Positions 49,101-60,361 of a stretch of 64,000 bases of DNA are shown one piece after another. The first letter of the stretch is position 1; every line of letters starts with the position of its first letter. Below the pieces are notes generated by a model. The model saw nothing but the letters and a program-made list of their open reading frames with translations, had not been told where the DNA came from and did no database searches. The DNA comes from Azolla caroliniana (lineage: Eukaryota; Plantae; Polypodiophyta): contig JBHGNT010000014.1 of NCBI GenBank assembly GCA_043228905.1, positions 12,090,001 to 12,154,000 of the forward strand, given 5' to 3'. The position numbers were made by a program, and so were the translations under genes.

Positions 49101-50588
49101 AATATTTAATGCAATTAATATTAACATTATAGCATTCTCTCATCTTCTTTTTGATGATTCAATCCAGCAAACGAGGGGAGAAATCTTTTGTTTACGATTA
49201 AATGGAAGGATATAGCACCGTAAAGATTCATCATTGAAGATATGGGTTGGTATAGGGGATAGGATAAGGGATAGAGGCGAAATACCGCTCCAGAAACAAG
49301 CCACCAAATCAACCAGAGAGTTATATCTGTTCGTTGGTGCACCTATGTATGTCCAGAATCGAACACTATTCCAAAAGCACTACCACTACATTGAACATTT
49401 CAAAAGAACCCTAAACCCTAAACCCTTTGAAGATCATTTATATCGCTTGTTTCTAGGACAAGAAAGTAAAAGAGCATGGAAAATGTTTAATGAGAGGCAT
49501 AAGGCAACGTTTGTAAATGAGCAAAGAAACTTAGAATAAGTATTCGTTGTGGGATAGGGAAGAACATACCAGTTTTTTGAGGCACGACGGGCGGTTATAC
49601 GCAGCACAGTTCCGGTAGTGAAACGCAGTCGTTCTTTTCGAGTAGAGATTGGACCCCCCTCTCCGCAAAAAAGGTAGAGGGGGGTTGCTTGTGAAGAAGC
49701 GGTGAAATGGACGGACTTGAACGACGCTATTCCTTATGACCCAACACTAATGGTTTTACATGTAGAAAACACGATGGAAATAGTGTAATTGACTATGTGC
49801 TACTTTCCGAAGGTATTTTGGATCGTATACATAAGTTCTCACTTGGTGAATGGACACCGAAATTACGAGCTTTTTACTTGACCTTGCTCCTCATATTCAT
49901 GCCAAGCTTTTCTTTTCCCATCCTTTTCTCTACTTTTGTCTACTTTCGAGAACCGCTTCTAACTTTTTATCCTTTCATTTATTACTATAGTTGATTTAAC
50001 AACATTAGTTTATTTGGACTACTATTTTATTCTCTTTTGAGGGTGGTTTCGCACAATGTGTCGAAAACATCACGACAACAGCACTACAGTTGCGGATAGC
50101 CGGATTTGTCATCAACGTCTCAAACACACAATCATGCAGAGGTGGATGGGCTTAGTGGATGTGTTGACCCATAAGCTTTGTTAATAATTAGGTAATTAAC
50201 TAGGTTAATTAGTGTCTAATTATGTGAGTAATTGATAATGCAGTAGAAGATTATGTGATATGTGTGTGTGAGGAAGAGAGAGAGGAAGATACAGTTATGA
50301 ACAATAATATAAATGGGGGATGATTAACGAGAGTGTAGCTAAAGACCTTTCTCTATGTTAATAAGCATCAAGGGTGCACATGTGTGAGTAGAATATAGGT
50401 ACAAGGATGTAAGTCCTATATTAAATATACTTGGTAGTAGAGGATCTAGAATATCCCCACTTACATACAAGTACACGAACCTATTAAGGGTTTAAAAGGT
50501 CAACACACTAACTAGATTCTATCTAGGTAACTACTAAGTTACATGGTTAACTAAATGGCTAAACTAAGTTGACCTTGATATCTTAACA
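46147..50588 (-). mobile_element. Older RT-less Ty1/copia related to 38900-42645
   Basis: LTRs at 46147-46604 and 50179-50588. TSD GAAAT/CAAAT. Same gag start (MNTKMGSSLP) and the same 3' junction, with extra internal deletions. Confidence 0.87.
48525..50077 (-). mobile_element. Solo LTR of the TGTCGTG...CACGACA group
   Basis: The left end is the reverse complement of the 3' end of LTR 24025-25006 (GATCGTGAGGCGGAAC). TSD ACGG/ACAG. Confidence 0.8.
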
Positions 50589-51950
50589 CAAATAGACATG
50601 CATCCAATTTATACAATGACGCCCTATAATTCCCTTACCACCTGAGGCATTAGTATCGAACGGTATCCATGATCCCTTTACCATACACTCTAGATTCCTT
50701 TGAAGCCTCATGTTCCCCAATGCTATGAGCAATTTTAAAAGCAACTCGACAACAGTTAATACATAGATCAAGGAAATATTCCACATGCATCAACGTAGCC
50801 CCTACACCCTGATCTCTAATAAGTTGCATATGTGAAATAAGAAATGCATCGTGCTTATCACCATTAAGTGACAAATACTTCTCCTCCATTCTTTGCCAAT
50901 GATTCCAAATTTGTTAACGCATATATTGCCACAACATGACTTACTCAAATCGAATAATCTGACGATCGGAACATAGAAAGTGAAATATCTTGAAGCTAAC
51001 TTGTTGAGGAACTCGTTTAAAACTTATTAAGGTTTGGTCTTAGAATTTTTATCTATTAAGATTTCATTCAACTCACTACTATCACATTGCAAACTAGTAT
51101 TTGGTGCATTATTATAAGGATTGATTGAGAAAAGTGAGTTAGAGCTAGTGTCATTATCAGAATTTGATTGTTCAAGCAAACCCTTTACTGGAGATGGAAC
51201 ATTGTACTCATCGATTGCGAAATATGACCTCCTTGATAAGGCATAAGTGTCCACCGAAAACAAAGAACCTCTACTCAAAGCATAAGACATCTAAAAAGCA
51301 GCACTCAAGAAACAAAAACACGTTACTGCAAATCGAGAAAACTCTTTGTCATTTTAGCATCTGCCTTGAAGCAAAATGTTCATATAAGATAGCTAAAAAA
51401 GATCCATAATTTATTTATAATTTATTATCAACATATTTTGTAGGTTTATTGTTTTATTTATTTAAATTACCTTACATTATATCATTTCTGTAGGTTAAGT
51501 CTAATTAACCTAAATTTTCAAATTTTATTTTCTTTGTAAAATATTTTTTTAGAGAACGGTTTTTATTTGAATGTATTTTTTTCATTTGAAGTTCAATTTA
51601 TTTTCTATTTTTTCTTTCAAAAAAAATCTTAACCAATTTGATAAAAAAAACAAAAGTTACTATATAAAGGGTGGACCTACTCTCATTGTCAACATTACGT
51701 GTCAGAAGATTACAGATCTCAGAGCACAAAGCAAAAAAGTTGTCATTTCAGCATTGAAAGTCAGCACTCATCACCAGCCAATCATCATGAACAAGGGCAA
51801 AAAAGTCACCATGTATGTCTCCTAAAAAAGATTCCAAAAGATGCTTAAAAGATTCTTTAATAATTTTCTGGTTGAAGTAGTAATTTTTCTAATGTCATTT
51901 TCAAAGTTTAGAAAAAGAAAAACAATTTTAGTTAAACAGAAAACAATAGC

Positions 51951-52206
51951 AAGAGAACTCTTACAATACTATGAGAACTCAACATAGTGCATCGAGTTCT
52001 CGTTGAAAGTATATGAGAACTCGATGCACTACATCGAGTTCTCTTGCTTTTATGAGTGAGCTCGGTGCAATGCGTCAAGTTCTCGTATACTTTCAACAAG
52101 AACTCGATGCACTACATCGAGTTCTCAAACACAATGACTATAATCCGATGCAGTGCATTGGATTTGCGTACAAACATATGGGAATCTGATGCACGACATC
52201 AGATTT
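51951..52206. repeat. Array of about 6 palindromes (GAACTCGATGCACTACATCGAGTTC type)
   Basis: Units at 51973, 52015, 52058 and 52099, with weaker ones at about 52142 and 52183. The spacers GTTGAAAGTATA and TATACTTTCAAC are mutually inverted. Confidence 0.9.
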
Positions 52207-52521
52207 AACCAAAAAATATGAAAAAACGGCCATGAAAAGAGTAGTTTTATAGGTGATTGTGTTACTGAATACTCATAGATTAACTATAATTTTTTATGAA
52301 ATTATTAAGTCATCACGTATTTTCCATATATTTTGGTGTTTTCTAATATAATTTTTACTTATAAACTTGTGTATCACATGGCAGTGAGCCACTTCAAAAA
52401 AAATTCTCCTTCAAATTAAAGATTCGGTCTCCACAAAAGCATGAAATGAAAAACATTATTCGAGACAAGGGGTGACGGAACGTCGAAATCTTCTGTCGGA
52501 AACACCAAGGGAAAGTAAATA

Positions 52522-52713
52522 ATGCTTCTTGAAGCAAAGATGACTGAGCAAAGAATAAAGAATTATTTAAGTTTGGAGTGGAGCTTGGTATATGTTGAAG
52601 AAGATGAAACTCTACTCATATTTGCGAAGATTGAAGGAAAAGGAAACCTCAAGCTAGGTAAAACTTTTACATATGGAAAAGTTCGAAATATCAGCTTAGT
52701 ATATAAACAATAA
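52522..52713 (+). pseudogene. N-terminal fragment homologous to the start of the ParB-methyltransferase gene at 58584
   Basis: EWSLVYV...AKIEGKGNLKLGKTFTYGKV aligns by eye with E*CM*YV...AKKKGDSQLDKDRPFMYGRI. Confidence 0.55.
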
Positions 52714-52827
52714 CCTAACGTTGTAACTTAGAGCTTCTTGATCATTCTTGTATTATGCGTCTCTGAGAGAGAGAGAGAACAGAAAAAAGGAGAGCTTCCA
52801 GTAAAGCTTTGAGCTTTTCTATCTACC

Positions 52828-53493
52828 ATTTCCTCTATCATACCATCTGTGTTGTCTGTGGTGCATAACCAACAGGTCCTCATATTACATACTTCTGCAC
52901 ATATTCGAACACCATATCTCACAGTTTATAGCTAATGTCAATTTGTTATATGTGGGATGATTGGAAACAAGTTTTCCTAGGATTTGTAACAAACCCATGA
53001 GGACCATGTGGTAGTTAGGTGGTTAGCTATATAAAGGGGGCTAACACGTATTTCCTCTATCATACCATCTGTGTTGTCTGCGGTGCATAACCGACAGGTC
53101 CTCATATTACATACTTCCGCACATATTCGAACACCATATCTCACAATTTATAGCTAATGTCAATGTGTTATATGTGGGATGATTGGAAACAAGTTTTCCT
53201 AGGATTTGTCACAAACCCATGAGGACCATGTGGTAGTTAGGTGGTTAGCTATATAAAGGGGGCTAACACGTATTTCCTCTATCATACCATCTGTGTTGCC
53301 TGCGGTGCATAACCGACAGGTCCTCATATTACATACTTCCGCACATATTCGAACACCATATCTCACAATTTATAGCTAATGTCAATGTGTTATATGTGGG
53401 ATGATTGGAAACAAGTTTTCCTAGGATTTGTCACAAACCCATGAGGACCATGTGGTAGTTAGGTGGTTAGCTATATAAAGGGGGCTAACACGT
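52828..53493. repeat. 222-bp tandem repeat x3, probably an amplified LTR terminus
   Basis: Units start at 52828, 53050 and 53272. Each ends TATATAAAGGGGGCTAACACGT. Confidence 0.9.
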
Positions 53494-54299
53494 TCCTGTT
53501 CACAAGTGGAAGGCTCATGCATTCCACATGTAGATTCCTTTTGTAAATATCCAAATATACCCTCTTTACAAAAATTGGATGCACTAGTATCACATGTTCC
53601 ACAACTTGATTAGAATTTGCAAAATTAATAAAACATGATAGGTCTCCAAATGGAGAACATGTGAAATTCACTTAACTTTGGATGTGTTGATATGTTAATG
53701 CCATTATAATAAATTTCAACAATGGCTCAATATCGAGCTTTTGTGCGACATGGCAAACACTCAAATGAAGACTTATATTTGTTTGCTAAGTTTCGCAAAA
53801 ATATGAGGTGTAATTGTATCCATGCTAATAAAATGAGTTATAATTTATAGTTTGACCCATACTGGTATGTATATAATTGTAGACAATGTAAGATAGTGAA
53901 CCTTAGGATAATGTGATTGAAATAACAAACTTATTAAGGTTTTCAATACTTGTGTTTAAAGTAGATCTAATCTAATCATTGGGTGATTCGCATGGGATCG
54001 AACTCCGAAGGATAACACTCGTGGGACTCCAAGCGTATGAAACATGTGGATATTGATGAGAGGTGTACGCCAAGGTCGTGCAACTAATGGGATAGTGTGG
54101 CGTCGACCATTATCAACACACTACATAATGTAAGCAGCAATGGAAGACAAACAAACATAATAGTTTGATAATTAAGAACACACTATACATTCTAAGCAAC
54201 AATAGAAGACAAAGATCCATAATATATGGACTGTTATATATTAGACACAGTTTGACAGTCTTGATAACTTATCGCAATTAACAACATGGACAATCTTTT

Positions 54300-55200
54300 T
54301 CTTTTCCCAGAAAAAGATGTTACATTAGTATTAGAAAACGCCATAAGGCTAAACATAGAAGATATACCACCAATCCCCTATGTTTTTCTAAATTCTAACC
54401 ATCAACTTAAATACACACTTTGGTGTTGAGTAGAACCACTCCACCTTATCAAAACATTGTCTATAAATTATACATATGTCCCAAATGGCAGGAAACTCCA
54501 CACGCCTAAGCTCCGCTTGATGCGTATTACCTTTTATACTATCCAAAATCCCTCTAAGATTATGCACAATCTCTATCCAAATTCCCGAAATTATTTGGGC
54601 AAGTCTTTTTGTCACATTTTTAATACCTTCAAACATTGAGCCTTCCAAATATACCAAATTGTAATACTACTTACCAATTGCTATATTTGAGGTTTATCTG
54701 TTTGTATTTGTGGATTCAGAGGAGTCACCTTTTTTTCCATCAAACCATGTCTCATCATAATAGCATCTGCAACCTCCTCCTGTTCATATACCATCGGTTT
54801 ATCATGTACCACCGCCCATAATATTGCACCCCCATGTGTACATTGCTCTAAGATATATTGGAGTTAATAATTTTATGATTTGTTTCCATATGTCCAGAGA
54901 AAAACCACAACGCCACAAACAATGTTTAGCAGTCTCTATTACATCTGTACAGAAAGGGCACATCTTGTCTACATTTCCTTTTCGCCACCCATTAACTGGT
55001 ATAGCATTATGAACCAACAACCATTGAAAACAAACAATTTTCCTACTCATCTTTATACCCCATAACCATTTCTAAAATTATTTAAGATGTTGTGGAGAGT
55101 TCATTTCGTCTCCAAACAACATTTGTAGTTGGTTCTTTCCATGATCTAGCACCTAATATTTTCCTACCAATCTTCACAGAATATTGAAAGAATGGCACAT
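54300..55200 (-). mobile_element. L1 LINE 3' fragment (zf-RVT region)
   Basis: FQWLLVHNAIPV...CPFC...ETAKHCLWRC...IW. Confidence 0.75.
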
Positions 55201-55554
55201 ATTTGATGTTATCTTGCACCCACACCTTCCAATAAAGTTATCCAGGATCCCAAGTTAATGTAGATATTGGTCTCCTTTCCAATATCCAAATCGGATGACC
55301 ATTCAACGGGGATAATATGTTTAGGTAAAGTTTGACCGAAATCAGCCTTAAGGTTAACTAATTCATGTTTCTCCATATTAGAGTCAACAATAGATGCAAT
55401 GAAACCGATGTCATATCTCAACAAACCAAGTATATAGGAATATAAGTGAAACATATAGAAGAATGTAAACAATGGAGTACACCAATGGAAGAACCAAAAA
55501 TTTATATTAGAGCTTGGAATTCATAATTTTACACATCATCAACAAAACATTCTA

Positions 55555-58500
55555 TTACATAGCAATCAAATCATCAACGCCATTATCCTCTATATCCCTT
55601 AGAGAAGTTTCTTCAACTATCTGTGCATTGTCTTTCCTTGTTCGCCAAGCAACCGTAAGATATTCTATAAGGTCGTCATCAAGCTCAATTAGCTCCCCCG
55701 GTTCCCCAGCTAACGGAAGAATAGGCTCTTGTGAAGCCGGTTGAAACCTTTCTGTATTAGCAATGTGCTTTGCAACGACCTCCTCGTACTAGTCTAGGCA
55801 TTCCCACAAGGCCTTAATTCTCATATTAATAAATATAACCTATTCCTCGTCCTTCTCCAATGCTACAATGTTTCTAAAGAGCTTCAATGCACATGCAGAC
55901 GTTGTCCCTGTAAAGAAAGGGGCAAGAAGACTTAGTTATCAAACCATACGAATTAGTATTGATTATCTCAATAATGTAATCCTACTTTGAGTAATACTTG
56001 TGCCAGCAAATAGGTCTAATATCCAATCTCCTTCTATCGAGAACATTTCGATCAAACACATCATAAGTTGTTGAGGTTTTTGGTATGGGTTGACAAGTCC
56101 TCGTTCTGTCGTGGTGACATATCGCAATTTCCGCGTGATTATTGGATATACTAGCAGGTTTGAACGTCCGACTTCATTAGAATGCTCCTTGATTCTTTGT
56201 TTCTTTATTTCATCGAAGTAGCCAACCGTAATCTACTCAATGGCATTTACGAACTAAAAGGTTGGTCCTCTATTGACGTTGGTTTTATCCTATAACAAAT
56301 ATGGGAGAGTTAAGAATAGATTCAATAAATTAGGAGCGAAGGTATGGTGAATGAGAGTTATAAATAATCCTTACCAAGCAAGGTTCTTGATGCCGTGGTA
56401 ACGAGTTCTCAATGCTTGAGCTACCGAGTACCCTTGGTCCATACTATGAAACACGACTATCCTCCACAAGGATGCAATCGTCAGTTCAGCAAAATCCTTA
56501 ACCATTTTTTCTAATTGTTTGAACTTAAAAGGTTCATTGTCATATGATGATCCAGCCATTCAAAATCCATAAGGAATATCTGCAATCATTAGTGTATATT
56601 CTTTCTTTGGCACTTTCTGGATCATCTCAACGACAACGTCACAAATCACATTATAGTAAAGATCTTTCGTAATGTCTTTCTTGTGGATAATTTTTTTTGA
56701 AAGAGCCATCTTCTTCCATTTCATATGCCTCAACTAAGGGATGTTCTTTTTCTTTTCTAGCTCTCTCGTGATGTGCAATGAAGGATGTTGGGAAGTCGTG
56801 TATATCCTTGACTCCTCCTAGTTTCTTGCCACGACATGTTTTCTAATAGAGACAATAAGGCATCGAGTATTAATACACAACATCTACATATTAAGAAAAC
56901 TTTATTATAAAGACGAATATCAACCCAATCCTTGAATGCAATAAAATACTCAGATAACACCTTATATGAAGAGGTCAGAGGGTAATCCTGAATCACTTGT
57001 TCCCAAGTTACACATCCAAGTTGTTTCATCATAACTTCTTGGATCTTCATATACACCTTATGACTGTGAAATCACAAATAGAGACTAGAACTTTATATAA
57101 ACCCATATTTGTTTCATTTAACTATTTGACAAGACTTACTTATTGAACTCAGTGACCAACTCTTCAAGGCTCAATTCTTTGGCCACAACCCTTGACAACA
57201 CAGACACCAAAAGTTGGTCATCGTTAATACCTTGCATTGCTCTCCAAAGAGACAACTTCATGTCGACGGCCGCTTCTTCAATAGTCAGGTCGATTTTCTT
57301 CGCCGATTGTGATTTTAATTCGAGTTAGGGGTCTACCTTACATTTCTTTTGTTGTTGACCCTTGACCTCCTTATTCTCCCACATTGAAAACATTTGATCT
57401 TGTAGGTTCCAAACATCTCCATCTCTAAACACTAGTTAAAACCATGACTCGTACTTGCGAAGACCATCTGACTTAACATTATCATCAACCACATTGCCGA
57501 CCTCATGAAGACATTGACGTCATAGTCCACGTGTGTTCTTACACGAAGTACTCATGGTGTAAGAACCTTATCCATTCGAGTATGACATTTTTTGCCGATA
57601 GTCATTGTGTCATTGTTATCGTCCAATGCCAAGAGTTTTGCCTCTTTAGTTGTGAGGCCCAGGTATATTTTGCACTCGGCATACTTGAAGAAGAAAGTGG
57701 TTGGGTGCTCTCTTACAAGTTGTCGTCGTGCTTCAGCCGAATGTGATCTACCAATTACAAAGTAACTGTGTTGATCATGCTTTCTCACGTCAAAATCCTC
57801 AATTGTGGAACATTCTTCAGGAGCCATCATTACAATAATGGGTACAACTATCGCATGTGGATTTATTTTCATTTTCTTCTTGAGATTTTGAACATGTATT
57901 CGATGTGGCTCTCTAATCTGAAGTGGTCTTTGTCATGTTTTCACATCTATTGGTGGCCTATGAATGTGTGTTATAGGCAAATTGAAGACTTGTCCTTTTC
58001 TCACCAATTTCCTTTGCATTAACTCTCTACGAATCGTATTCTGGTCAAACAACAAGACATCGGATGCTAGCTCAGCCCTTGGCGTCGCCCGAGTTTCGTC
58101 GTCTTCAGATGAGCTTGATGATTTGGTGTAACATCTTTGTCATCTTTTTCTTTCCAAGTCTCGATTGCACCTTAGAGACCTTTTTTAGGGCCTTTACCGG
58201 GGATGGCGAGGCATCCCTTAGAGTTATGTGGCCTTGTATATATAGTCTTAATGTTATTATCAGATTTTGTGAAGTCTCAAGAGCAAGTTTAAAAGATTCT
58301 GGACCACAAGATTCCTTGACAAGCCGATCTTCCGAGAGGAACATTTTACGGAATCCCTTAGAGCAGTCCACCATTACAATAAGGTTGAGGCAATCAGAAT
58401 CTTCATAGTCCAGGCATAAGATACGACCATACATAAAGGGTCTGTCTTTATCAAGCTGGCTGTCCCCCTTCTTTTTTGCGGTATACAACACAACCTTCTT

Positions 58501-58584
58501 CTTCGAGTTCACATACTACATGCATCACTCATTGTCTGTTAAATCATGGTCAGGAAGGTACTCACCACCAGTTGTTGCCACCAT
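55555..58584 (-). pseudogene. Four-exon ParB-like domain + beta-class N6-adenine/N4-cytosine DNA methyltransferase (exons 58584-57140, 57063-56375, 56289-55998, 55907-55555)
   Basis: ParB-like FNLPITHI...QIRE...PIIV...YFVIGRSHSAEARRQL. MTase motif IV YTLMIADIPYG (DIPY at 56569-56580), then LAWIKP, NPYQKPQQLMMCLIEMFSIEGDWILDLFAGT|xTT and ALKLFRNIVALEKD. Three GT-AG introns of 76-90 nt. Several stops and frameshifts. Confidence 0.85.
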
Positions 58585-58640
58585 CTTCTTCTAACTAACT
58601 AACTTCATCAGAAGGTTGATCTGGAAGTTCTACTTTGAAC

Positions 58641-58901
58641 AGGAACTCAATACGCCGTATCGAGTTCCTATTTAAAACCCCTGGCATAAACACAATCTCG
58701 AAACCTTTTTATCAAAAACTCGATATGGCGTATAGAGTTTGTTTTTAAAGTACACCTTTCAAACACAAGCTCGATACAACGCATCGAGTTTGTGTTTAAA
58801 GGTCTACTGTAAACACAAACTCGATACGCCGTATCGAGCTTGTGTGTAAGGAGAGGGGTTTAAACAAGAACTCGATACGCCATATCGAGTTCTTGTTTAA
58901 A
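58641..58901. repeat. Array of 5 palindromes (AACTCGATACGCCGTATCGAGTT type)
   Basis: Units near 58641, 58716, 58767, 58817 and 58859. The last has 18-bp perfect arms. Confidence 0.9.
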
Positions 58902-59299
58902 TCAAGATCTATGTATGTTTGGACATGCCTGGAAAAGATACAAAACAATGAAGTGTCTATACAATTAGTTGCCTACCTAGAGTTCGTGTGCTCAATCTTC
59001 TTTGAAGACATGACTTTTGTGCTTGCTAGTGACAAGGAGATGGTCACATGCTCTTGCGTTGGTGATGCTCTATGTGCTCTTGGGCTCTGAGTGCTCTGTG
59101 TATCGATTGCGCGTGTGAGATCCCGTACATAACAAAGTCCTCCTATTTATACGGCTTTAAAACCGTGGTTAAAGTAACTATAGTTAGTCTACCAATGTTG
59201 GGTTACATGCAAGTTAGTTCCCCTATGTTAGGTAGTGGTTAGATGGTTTTGGTTAGTACAAAGTCACAACATAGGGGATTAGCACTAAATGATTATGAA

Positions 59300-60302
59300 C
59301 TCAGAATACTCCATCGTTGTTGACATATGCAAGGCAAAGAGTTCCTCTTGCACTTCCATCACATTATGACATCAGATGAACTTGCTTCGAAATTGTTGAA
59401 CAAGCAATTGGTATGGTTGGGAGATAGGGACTCCTACCACTCCTGGGTTCTTGAGTAGAAAGTTGCCACCAACAAGGGAAGTTTCTCTATATCATTCACC
59501 TTCCCAATTGAAACTGCGTGATGCTCGAAGGATGCCAAAAAAGCTCTTGCATCCTGAACACCATCACCTGGAAAGGCAAATTGAAAAGCCATATCCACAT
59601 AATACTACGACAAAATCAATCTTCCCAAGATGTGGAAAAGATCGACCCTCCTTGGAGCGCCAAAATGAAAGGATGATAATAGAAAGAAAAGATAAAGAAG
59701 ATATATAAATTTAAAACTACAAAGATCTATTGATAACGAATGATCATGATAGAAAGAAGAGAGAAAGAAGATAAATAAATCCAAATATACAAAGCTATAT
59801 TGATAACAACTAAACCACACTACATAAATGGGCAAGAAAACACCACATGAAATAGCTCTCCCTCCACCACCTTACTCTCCTTGCTTTATATGAAGGTCTC
59901 CACTACTAGATAACTTTCCCTTGCTTTCTTTTTTATGCTTTTTTTAGAAGTTTTCCATCTCTTATTCTTAGCTATGACACAATGACATTCTAATTGTCAT
60001 ATCTCCCTCATCCGAGCTCCAAATTTAGAGATTTAAAACATTACGGATAACTCTCTTTACAAGATTTCCAACCTATATTTGAACTTGATATTTGGCTTCC
60101 AAACGAATGCGTTATGAGCATTCATTTTAGACTGTGTTTTGGTGGCCCACTTTTTTCTTCTTTTACTTTTCTCCACGTATCTTGCTTTTAGTTTGACTTA
60201 TCCTCAAGACCTTGGTTCGTGTTCTTGACCTCCATATGTGAATGCTCCATACTTTATATTCTTGTAGTGATTAATACCTTGAATTCTAAAAACACTTTCA
60301 CA
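59300..60302 (-). mobile_element. Old truncated relative of the Tat-type element (5' LTR + PBS + gag start)
   Basis: LTR at 59666-60302 begins TGTGAAAGTGTTTTTAGAAT on the minus strand. PBS TGGCGCTCCAAGGAGGG. gag AFLASFEHHAVSIG...EKLPLLVATFY. Confidence 0.85.
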
Positions 60303-60361
60303 AATACGATGTCAATAAAGATACAGACAATGAAGGTAATGCCAATGAAACATCGAAGATC

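Larger units (their letters stand above)
44203..51290 (-). pseudogene. Sola-like (DUF7869-type) DDD transposase, copy 1, split by a copia (51290-50589 joined to 46146-44203)
   Basis: YVQLDNTSRENKN...FLLNGHTHEHIDQMF. Collinear with copy 2, from the Cys-rich N-terminus to the C-terminal FWVVKI...VHWY region. Stops and frameshifts. Confidence 0.82.

Noticed and set aside
49405-49430. Telomere-like AAACCCT repeats
   Set aside because: Only about three units inside a solo LTR; an ordinary telo-box, not an interstitial telomere.
51951-52206. CRISPR-like appearance of the palindrome arrays (also 58641-58901)
   Set aside because: The repeats are degenerate, the spacers are mostly short, irregular and partly inverted copies of each other, there are no cas genes, and the context is eukaryotic.
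53471-53830. Possible SET-like or other coding remnant (GDLSCFINFANS)
   Set aside because: Too short and frameshifted, with no second supporting motif.
58905-59272. Possible additional LTR fragment (minus-strand TATAAATAG, ends CACAACA)
   Set aside because: The second terminus and TSD could not be defined.
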